Assembly: GCA_035286205.1 (NCBI GenBank)
Contig: JAYKIP010000432.1
Span: forward strand, 1 to 33,375
From: Merismopediaceae cyanobacterium
Lineage (GTDB): Bacteria; Cyanobacteriota; Cyanobacteriia; Cyanobacteriales; Microcystaceae
Direction of reading: 5' to 3'
Length of the DNA: 33,375 nucleotides
The position numbers and the translations under genes are program-made. Below the pieces are notes generated by a model. It was given only the letters and a program-made list of their open reading frames with translations. It did no database searches and was not told where the DNA came from. Shown here piece after piece: positions 17,670 through 25,600 of this stretch. Within the stretch, counting starts at the first letter, position 1, and the number at the start of each line of letters is the position of its first letter.

Positions 17670-18182
17670 GTGGCTACCGAATCCCCAATTCTCTTTCACC
17701 AGAAATTACAAGCCGGTCAACAGGCCCTAGACCGGGGCCAATACCGTCAAAGCATCGAGGAATTACAAAACGCTCTGCAATATATCAGCCTTGGTTCCAA
17801 ACCCGGTGGCGAAGCCCAACTATGGTTGGTGATGGCCTATCAAGCGGCCGGACAAATCAGCGAAGCCCGGAACCTCTGCCGGAAATTAACCCGCCATCCC
17901 CATCCCGACCTCCGCAAACAAAGTAAACAGATTCTGTATATTTTGGAGGCTCCCCGGTTAGCCCGTCCCAGGGAATGGATGACCGAAATCCCAGATTTAA
18001 CCCGCTCAGAGGAGCAGACCCCCCGCTATGCCGCCTCTCGCCGTAGCCGTAAATCCGCCCCAGAACCTTCGCCCATCGTCTTTGAAGATACCCGGCGCAT
18101 GAATACCCAGGATAATGGCTTTATCGTTCTTACCTTGGTCTTGATATTATTAATTGTGGGGAGTACCCTCTGGTTCAGTTAG
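17670..18182 (+). CDS. Hypothetical protein: TPR-like N-terminal helical pair plus a C-terminal transmembrane anchor
   Basis: GTG-initiated 170-aa ORF. The helical N-terminus (GQQALDRGQYRQSIEELQNALQ...WLVMAYQAAGQISEARNLCRKL) resembles a single TPR. The C-terminus GFIVLTLVLILLIVGSTLWF is a TM helix. I cannot assign a family. Confidence 0.5.
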   Translation: MATESPILFHQKLQAGQQALDRGQYRQSIEELQNALQYISLGSKPGGEAQLWLVMAYQAAGQISEARNLCRKLTRHPHPDLRKQSKQILYILEAPRLARPREWMTEIPDLTRSEEQTPRYAASRRSRKSAPEPSPIVFEDTRRMNTQDNGFIVLTLVLILLIVGSTLWFS

Positions 18183-18198
18183 GACGGAAGCAACGCCG

Positions 18199-18624
18199 AT
18201 GGCTTATTGGTTATTTCAAGGGAATCCTAAATATTATCGTCTCCTAGAGGCAATTCAGGCGATGGATACCATGCCCTGGTTAGTGACGCGCTACGCCAAA
18301 GAAATGCAAACCGGGGACGGGGTTTTAGTTTGGATGGCCGGAGCGGATGCCGGGATCTATGCGATCGCCGAAATTCAGGAACCACCTAGGGTTTTGGCTG
18401 AACTGTCGGACCGGGACTATTGGTTAAGCCCTGGGAATGCTCGCCTCGAAAAACCCAGGGTTCAACTGCACTTTTTGCGCAAATTACTCGGCCAACCCCT
18501 ACGCCGTCAGGATTTAAAACAAGACCCCATCCTCAAGGACTTATTGGTGTTAAAAGCTCCCAACAGCACCAATTTCCGCGTCACCCCAGAGCAATGGCAA
18601 CGGGTTCATAGTCTGAAAGGTTAA
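18199..18624 (+). CDS. EVE / PUA-like domain protein
   Basis: ATG 18199. MAYWLFQGNPKYYRL...PWLVTRYAKEMQTGDGVLVWMAGADAGIYAIAEI resembles the EVE-domain N-terminal pattern (YWLxK/Q..P, W.V.R, GD.VLxY, GI.GIAEV). Confidence 0.6.
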   Translation: MAYWLFQGNPKYYRLLEAIQAMDTMPWLVTRYAKEMQTGDGVLVWMAGADAGIYAIAEIQEPPRVLAELSDRDYWLSPGNARLEKPRVQLHFLRKLLGQPLRRQDLKQDPILKDLLVLKAPNSTNFRVTPEQWQRVHSLKG

Positions 18625-19625
18625 TTTTCAGCCTGGGTTAACGCCTCGTTTTCGTCTGATTCGGCAGGTTGGGATGTTGCCGGGGTTTCCGTTGTAATCA
18701 CATTCAGAAACACATCTTCTAAACTGGGACGAGTCCGTTGCATTTCCCAGAGAGCTAGACCGTTTTGGGTGAAAATTTGGGCCAAATCATTGCCAATTTC
18801 CTGGACATTTTCTGTTTCCAGGGTAATTCGATAACGGGATTCGGTATCCTGGACAAGGGTTTGTATCTCAAACTGACGCATTCCAGGAACTTGCTGTAAT
18901 TGACTTTCGATCTGGCTTTTTTCCCCCGTGACTTCTAGCACATAATTAAGATTACTGGTGAGGGATAAAAGTAAATTTTCTGGGGTATTCGTCGCCACAA
19001 TTTTACCCCGATTAATAATCGCCACGCGATCGCAGGTCATACTCACTTCCGGCAAAATATGGGTGGAAAGAATAATAGTATGCTGTTGGGCCAAACTTTT
19101 AATCAGATGACGCACTTCAATAATTTGTTTGGGATCTAACCCCACCGTAGGTTCATCTAAAATAATCACCGGCGGATCATGGACGATCGCCTGGGCAATA
19201 CCGACCCGTTGTTTATAACCCTTTGAGAGTTTACGAATTAAAATCTGTCGTTTTTCCGTTAATTGACACCGTTCAATGGCCGAGGTTACCCGTTGCGATC
19301 GCTCTTTTTTCTTAACGCCTTTAATACTGGCCACAAACTGCAAAAAACTTTCCACCGTCATATCCGGATAAAGGGGAGGATTTTCCGGCAAATAACCAAT
19401 ATTTTTACGCACCGCTAGGGACTGTTCATGGACATCAAACCCTACCACTTTTGCCGTTCCCGAAGTTGCCGGTAGATAGCCCGCTAAAATCCGCATCGTG
19501 GTTGTTTTTCCCGCTCCATTGGGCCCTAAAAAACCCAGAATTTCCCCCGGTGCAACGGAAAAATTAACATCTTCAATGGCATGGGTAGAACCATAAACTT
19601 TGCTTAGGTGTTCGACTTCAATCAT
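18621..19625 (-). CDS. ABC transporter ATP-binding protein (ABC-2/CcmA/GldA-like subfamily)
   Basis: Walker A GPNGAGKTT, Q-loop, signature LSKGYKQR, Walker B IILDEPTVGLD and an H-loop STH. There is a ~100-aa C-terminal domain with an acidic tail. No permease gene is adjacent. Confidence 0.9.
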   Translation of the reverse strand: MIEVEHLSKVYGSTHAIEDVNFSVAPGEILGFLGPNGAGKTTTMRILAGYLPATSGTAKVVGFDVHEQSLAVRKNIGYLPENPPLYPDMTVESFLQFVASIKGVKKKERSQRVTSAIERCQLTEKRQILIRKLSKGYKQRVGIAQAIVHDPPVIILDEPTVGLDPKQIIEVRHLIKSLAQQHTIILSTHILPEVSMTCDRVAIINRGKIVATNTPENLLLSLTSNLNYVLEVTGEKSQIESQLQQVPGMRQFEIQTLVQDTESRYRITLETENVQEIGNDLAQIFTQNGLALWEMQRTRPSLEDVFLNVITTETPATSQPAESDENEALTQAEN

Positions 19626-19706
19626 GGCTTAAAATGTAGGGAAAACAGTAATGAAACGGGGTCTCATTTAAGATAATTATTACCGAAAAAGTCAAGTTTA
19701 GAGAAC

Positions 19707-20795
19707 CTAGTCTGCCGGTAACAGCGATCGCACCCGATCCAACGGCCAATAAATTTTATAGGCTTGACCCACAATCGCCGATTTTGGCAGAGGCCCCCAT
19801 TCCTGGGAATCAAAACTATCATTCCGATTATCCCCTAGGACAAAATAATGATCCGCCGGGATCACCTGGGACGGTAATGTATAGTCCGGGGTTTCCGCTA
19901 AGTAATTTTCCGCTAAGGGTTGATCATTAATCCACACCTGTCCCTGGTCAATCCGAATACTTTCCCCCGGTAAACCAATCACTCGTTTCACAAAAAAATC
20001 TGCCGATAGCGGGGCTTTGGTTCTGACCTTATCGGGAGTTTTAAAGACAATAATCTCTTGACGTTGGGGGGTATAATCTGGATTTAATGCCACAAAAATA
20101 TAATCACCTTTAATCACCGTTGGACTCATAGAGGCACTCGGCACAAAGAAAATATCGATCCGTTGACTCAGCCATTTCGGAAAAAAATTAAACGTTAAAC
20201 CAATGAGCAGAATCAAAAAAATTAAACCATAAATCAATCTTGAAGAGACCCCTTGCTTGCTTAAGGCCGAACGATACAAATGATAAAGGGCGATCGCACT
20301 TAAAATCGGGCCAAAAACTAATAAGGGCGTGTAACGATATTGAAGACGAAAAGACAGAATCGCTAACGTTAGGATAACTAAACCCAGAACAAATTGCTGA
20401 TAATAGAAATGTCCCAAACCGGGTAAAACTCGCGTGGCAAAGACGGCAAACCAGGGATTTTTCCAGCGTCGGGGAATTTTCTCTTGATAAAAACTAGGAT
20501 TTTGATGAAAAACGCTTAATAACGCATCTACTAAATTAAGCCAATAAAGCGCAAAAGCAATCCCTAAAAAAATCAAGCCAGTCGCCACATCCCCCGTTGC
20601 ACTAAAAATTGCCCAAAGACCCGTTCCGACGCTGAGACTATAGGAGCTAAACCAAAGTAAAGCCTTTTGCCATTCCCCCGCATAAACCTGACCCAAACCG
20701 GGGTAAAACATCGAGAAATTCACCGCTAACCAAAGATCTTTTGGGGGAGCTTTCGGTAAGGGATTCACAGAGACGAGGGGAGGGGGATTAACCAT
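19707..20795 (-). CDS. lepB: Signal peptidase I (LepB) fused to an N-terminal polytopic membrane extension of about 180 aa
   Basis: The C-terminal half carries SPase I boxes: VPSASMSPTV (catalytic Ser), FVKRVIGLPGE (catalytic Lys), GDNRNDSFDSQEWGPLP. The N-terminal half has about 6 extra predicted TM helices with two PGLG(Q/H)xY motifs. The ATG at 20795 overlaps the upstream HAD gene by 31 nt. Confidence 0.85.
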   Translation of the reverse strand: MVNPPPLVSVNPLPKAPPKDLWLAVNFSMFYPGLGQVYAGEWQKALLWFSSYSLSVGTGLWAIFSATGDVATGLIFLGIAFALYWLNLVDALLSVFHQNPSFYQEKIPRRWKNPWFAVFATRVLPGLGHFYYQQFVLGLVILTLAILSFRLQYRYTPLLVFGPILSAIALYHLYRSALSKQGVSSRLIYGLIFLILLIGLTFNFFPKWLSQRIDIFFVPSASMSPTVIKGDYIFVALNPDYTPQRQEIIVFKTPDKVRTKAPLSADFFVKRVIGLPGESIRIDQGQVWINDQPLAENYLAETPDYTLPSQVIPADHYFVLGDNRNDSFDSQEWGPLPKSAIVGQAYKIYWPLDRVRSLLPAD

Positions 20796-21562
20796 TGGGG
20801 AAAATCCGAAGTAAATTGGTCTAATGAAAGGGAATATAGGGAAGATTGAGCCTTAACAAAGTCTCGATCTGAGGGTTTATTGTAACCCCATTCTGCTAAA
20901 AATAAAACGATGTCTTTTAAGGATGCTTGCTGTTGAATTTTTTGTAGGGTTTTCAGTAAATCTTCCACAAACCAGAGTTCCTGGGGAGCAATTTGATGCT
21001 GTTGCAGGATTTGGCTGAGGGTTTGATATTTCGGTTGCTGAATTTCTTTCCCAATGATTTGCTGAGGAGCCAAATTTACGCCCTGCTCTGCCAATAGGGT
21101 TTGCACAAAACGTCCCTCTTTGGTGGTGATAATATACACCGAGGTTTCACTACCCGTTAACCCTTTTAATTGTTCAATGACCCCCGGATAAAACCGATGC
21201 AGACCTAACCAGTTCGTTAAGTTTTCTTGAATTTGGCGATCGCGGACATCATCAAGCCGTTGCATTAATGATTGCGGTTCCCAACCCTCCCGCTCAAGGA
21301 TTTCGGCCACCACCGACGGCCAATGGTGCATCATGTCTTCCTCAGAACACCCTAACACCAACGCTTGCAATAACACAATCATTTCCCAACCTGTTTCAAT
21401 AATCGGTCGCCAATGATAAAAAGCCTGCGCCCAGGGGGTTAAATCCTGCCTAGGGGTTTGGGGCATTAACTGACCATAGGCTAACTGGGTCGAGTAAAAA
21501 TACTCCTGTAACCCATCACACAGCACCCCATCAAAATCCAATGCAAGAACTTTCGGTATCAT
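20765..21562 (-). CDS. HAD-superfamily hydrolase
   Basis: HAD motif I LALDFDGVLCDG sits at the N-terminus, with a later motif II-like IITTKEG and a C-terminal acidic motif region (WFVEDL). 265 aa. Confidence 0.65.
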   Translation of the reverse strand: MIPKVLALDFDGVLCDGLQEYFYSTQLAYGQLMPQTPRQDLTPWAQAFYHWRPIIETGWEMIVLLQALVLGCSEEDMMHHWPSVVAEILEREGWEPQSLMQRLDDVRDRQIQENLTNWLGLHRFYPGVIEQLKGLTGSETSVYIITTKEGRFVQTLLAEQGVNLAPQQIIGKEIQQPKYQTLSQILQQHQIAPQELWFVEDLLKTLQKIQQQASLKDIVLFLAEWGYNKPSDRDFVKAQSSLYSLSLDQFTSDFPQWLIPLPSSL

Positions 21563-21587
21563 CGTATTTATCGTATTTATCGTATTG
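21561..21587. repeat. Three tandem copies of a 9-nt unit (ATCGTATTT, ATCGTATTT, ATCGTATTG)
   Basis: Read directly from the sequence. The array abuts and overlaps the HAD ATG (complement of 21560-21562) and fills most of the 45-nt gap to the REC-GGDEF stop. Confidence 0.8.
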
Positions 21588-21607
21588 AGTAATATATCTG
21601 AGGAGAA

Positions 21608-22531
21608 TTATAAACTCACAATGCGATTTCTGCCCTGATCTTTGGCTGAATAAAGAGCCTTGTCAGCGCGGCGGAGAACATCATCTAAGGTTTCATCATT
21701 TTTATGGTAATTGGTAACGCCAATACTCACCGATAAATTAATGACTTGATTTTCAAATTTGGGACAGAGACACACAATTAAATGACGTAATCTTTCCCCC
21801 AAATCAATCGCTTCCCCTAGTTTGGTTTCCGGTAAAATGGTAATAAATTCTTCTCCCCCAAAACGACCCACTTGATCGGTATTGCGAATACTGGACTTTA
21901 ACGTATTGGCGACTAAGCGCAGACATTCATCCCCCGAATAATGGCCGTAAGTATCATTCACATCTTTAAAATAGTCGAGGTCAATCATCATCACCGAAAA
22001 ATCACTGCCGTAGCGTTTGGCCCGTTGAAATTCCTGCTCACCAAAGGCAAAAATGGCCCGACGATTGGACACATTGGTTAACTCATCAATGGTGACAATT
22101 TTTTCGAGGGTAGCATAGGCTTCTTTGAGTTCATCCTGGGCTTTTTTCAAGGATAAATGGGTTTTGACCCGTGCTAATAATTCTGGGGCATGGAAAGGCT
22201 TGGTGATATAGTCTGTCGCGCCGACGGCAAAGGCTTCGACTAAATGTTCCCGGTCATTACTCGCCGTTAAAAAGATGATTGGAATATCTTGATATTTTTC
22301 ATCGGCTTTGAGAATTTTGCAGACTTCAATACCATTAATTTCCGGCATCATTAAGTCCAATAAAATCAGATCCGGCTGTAGGGTTTGGAGACGGTCTAGG
22401 GCTTGTCTTCCGCCGATCGCAAACGTAGTTGCATAGCCCACCTGCTCTAGGATTTCCATAACCAGTTGTAAATTTTTGGTAATGTCATCTACCACTAGAA
22501 TGAGATAGGATTGGGGGTTAAAGGGGATCAT
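21608..22531 (-). CDS. Response regulator with GGDEF output (diguanylate cyclase)
   Basis: Canonical receiver (ILVVDD, DLILLDLMMPEINGIE, IIFLTAS, KPF). The GGDEF domain has an intact GGEEF active site and an RxxD I-site five residues upstream (RNTD-QVGRF-GGEEF). The first ATG is at 22531 and the longest ORF has TTG at 22558. Confidence 0.9.
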   Translation of the reverse strand: MIPFNPQSYLILVVDDITKNLQLVMEILEQVGYATTFAIGGRQALDRLQTLQPDLILLDLMMPEINGIEVCKILKADEKYQDIPIIFLTASNDREHLVEAFAVGATDYITKPFHAPELLARVKTHLSLKKAQDELKEAYATLEKIVTIDELTNVSNRRAIFAFGEQEFQRAKRYGSDFSVMMIDLDYFKDVNDTYGHYSGDECLRLVANTLKSSIRNTDQVGRFGGEEFITILPETKLGEAIDLGERLRHLIVCLCPKFENQVINLSVSIGVTNYHKNDETLDDVLRRADKALYSAKDQGRNRIVSL

Positions 22532-22570
22532 AATGGCTTTGACGACGTAAACAACCAAAAAAACTTAACT

Positions 22571-22648
22571 TGTGGCTCCCAGTGCTAGTTTCCATGGCTA
22601 GTTTTCAGTGCTAGTTTTTAGTGCTAGTTTCCGGGGCTGGCTTTTTAT
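22571..22648. repeat. Tandem array of a 13-nt unit (GCTAGTTTYYNNK), four good copies flanked by degenerate copies
   Basis: Units are GCTAGTTTCCATG (22584-22596), GCTAGTTTTCAGT (22597-22609), GCTAGTTTTTAGT (22610-22622) and GCTAGTTTCCGGG (22623-22635). Degenerate copies lie at 22571-22583 and 22636-22648. The array sits between the kinase stop (22699) and the REC-GGDEF start. Confidence 0.85.
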
Positions 22649-22698
22649 TTCCAGAGGGCCACTCCAACGCAAGCGGGCGGAAATTCCCTAGACAGTTT

Positions 22699-25600
22699 TT
22701 ATGATAGTCCGTTTGGGGGAGATTCCGTTACCGGGGATTCTGCCATGGTAGCTGGCTCAAGCGGTTGATCGAGATGTTGGCGGAGAACCATAATCACCTG
22801 GGGAAATTGTTCAATACATTGGGTGAGTTTATCCCCATCAAAGTTGCGAAGGGGCTGGGCTAATTGTTCAACGTACTGGGCGAGGGGCGGAAAGGGATAA
22901 TCCTGGCTCCATTGCTGTAACTGTTCTTGAAATTGACGAATTTCCCGCATGATCATCCGGCGACGGACGGTCTCCCAGGTAGTCTGTTGCAGGGCTTCTA
23001 AATGGTCTCGTAAGCCCTGAAGTTGGGGCCGGTCAGCTAGGGGTAAGGGGGCCGGGGAGGTCGGTTCCGAGGGACGGGGTAGGGGCGTTATTTCTTCTCG
23101 CTGGTTCGGTGCCGCCATCGGTAAACAGGTCTGTAAACATTGCAGGAGGGCCGCCCAGGTAATGGGTTTGGCTAAAAAGCCCTGGCAGTAGGGGGCTAAC
23201 TGCGATCGCGCTTCACTCATTAAGGCGGCAGTAATGACCACGATCGGGATCTCATGGGTGGCGACATCCTGGCGTAGCAGTCGTGTGGCCTCAAAACCGT
23301 CCATATTGGGCATGAGTAAATCCATTAAAATCAAGTCGGGATGATGGGTTTTAGCCATTTGTAGCGCTTCTTGACCGTCGCAGGCTTCGAGGATTTGGTG
23401 ATGGCTCTGCTCGAAATAACACCGGATTAAGGCGCGATTGGAGGGCACATCATCCACCACCAGAATGGTCGCCGGGGCTAACTGGTTAATATTGGCCCGG
23501 AGATGATTGGCGGGTTCTGGCTCCGGTTCCTGGGCACACTGAACGTCCGGAAAACTCAGGGTGAAGGTACTCCCCGCCCCTAGACGACTGTTAATGGTAA
23601 TTTTGCCCCCCAACATTTCCGTTAAGCGACGAGTAATGGTCAGTCCTAGCCCTGTGCCGCCATATTTCCGCGTACTTTGACCTTCGCTTTGGGTAAAAAC
23701 ATCAAAAATCCGTTGTTGATCCTCCGGGGTAATCCCAATGCCGGTATCGGTGACGCTAATGACTAGATGCAGGCGATCGCGGTCAAGATAGGTGGTTTGA
23801 ACGGCGATCGTGACCTGACCGGTTTCCGTAAATTTAATCGCATTGCCCACAATATTAAATAAAATTTGGCGGAGTCTGACTTCATCAAAGAGAAGATATA
23901 AGGGTATTTGCTCGGATTGTTCCGTGAGAAGTTGCAGACCTTTTTGTTGAGCTTTTTCGGAAAAAATCTGTTGCACTTCCGCAATTAATTGACGCAAATT
24001 AACACTTTCATAGTTGACCTTGAGCTTACCGGCTTCAATTTTAGTGAGATCTAAAATGTCGTTAATTAACGAGAGTAAGGTCTTGCCACTACTATTGATC
24101 GCGTCTAAATAGTCCTGGGAACGGGGGTCACGGGTAATACGTTGTAAGAGTTCACAGAAGCCCAGAATGGCATTCATCGGTGTCCGAATTTCGTGACTAA
24201 TATTGGCTAAAAATTCACTTTTGGTACGATTAGCAATTTCGGCGTTTTCTTTGGCCCGTTGTAATTCCACTTCGACTTGTTTTTTATCGGTAATATCGGT
24301 AATCGTTCCCACCATGCGATAGGGGTTGCCCTGGTCATCCCGTAAACATTTCCCCTTGGCCTCGATCCAGAGATAGCGACCCTCCCGGTGTTTCATGCGA
24401 TAAACCACGTTATAGACTTCGGTATGGCCCGCGAGGTGTTCTTGAACGGCTTGTTGGGCGAGGGGTTGCTCGTTGGGATGCAGGAGATCAAACCAGGTGT
24501 TGACGGTGGCGGGTAAGTCCTGGCCTTCATAGCCCAGAATTTTCATCCAGACGGGGGAATAATAAACATGATCGCTGTTAATGTCCCAATCCCACAGGCC
24601 GTCATTGGTACCGGAGACGGCTAAATCATAGCGTTCTTCACTGATCCGCAGTTGATTAGCAATTTCCTGACGGTATTGAATCTCTTCAGCCAGATGGGTA
24701 TTGAGGGCTAATAATTCCTGGGTGCGTTCCTGAACCCGTTGTTCCAAACTATTGCGGGCTTCCATAATTTCCTGGAACTGCGCTTTGAGGGTCTGTAACA
24801 TGGTTTGGAAATTTTGGGCCAGAACGGCAATTTCACTGACCTGGGTGGGCAAGAGGGAAGGGGTCGGTTCGCGGTCTAATAATTTGCGGGGAATATCGGT
24901 GGTCACCTGGGATAACTGGAGCAGAGGAGAGGCTACCCGACGACTGACAAAGATCGAGGTAATTAAGCCCAACCCGGTTAAAACTAACAGCGTGATTAAA
25001 TTTTTTAACGAAAGCAGTTGTAAATCATTAATTTGCGGTTCCGGGGACAAACGCAATACTAACTTCCAAGGAATTTCATGATCGAGGGGAACCACCGCAT
25101 AATAAAAGGATTGCCGCCACCGCAACATCGGAGAGATTTTTTTATCGGGTAACCAATGACCTAAGGTGGGAGTCAGCGATCGCCATTTGCCGCCCTTTTG
25201 TAAATCCAGCATGGCCATAGGCTTCAATTCTGGGGAACTGCTGGCAAGGATGCGATTTTGATTGTCCATCAGGGTCATCGTTAACTCCTTCGCCGTGCCA
25301 TTCAACTGTAAAAAGATGCTAAGTTGTTCCACATTTAACGAGCCGTATAGGACTCCTTTTAAACCATCCGGAGCCATAAAAGGAATCATTACCCCAAAAT
25401 GAGGCAGGGTTTCAATTTTGTCGTGATGTAGATGGGTGAATTGCGGTTGCAGATGCACCGGTTGCCGTAATTTTTGATGGGTAGATTGGCGGTTAAGACC
25501 CAGAAGGGGTTCATCTAAGGCATTGCGGGGCGGCTCACTGACAATAATTTGGGCATTTTGATTCGTCAAATAAAGAACAGAATAGGCGGGAAAAGAGCGT

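Noticed and set aside
17534-17926. 130-aa plus-strand ORF overlapping the end of the pentapeptide gene and the start of the 17670 gene
   Set aside because: It has R/S/P-rich composition and an alternative frame over two better-supported genes, with no recognisable motif. It is probably a frame artefact.
22571-22648. The tandem array as a possible CRISPR
   Set aside because: The units are 13 nt and directly abutting, with no spacers. There is no cas gene or leader, so this is a microsatellite-like tandem repeat, not a CRISPR.
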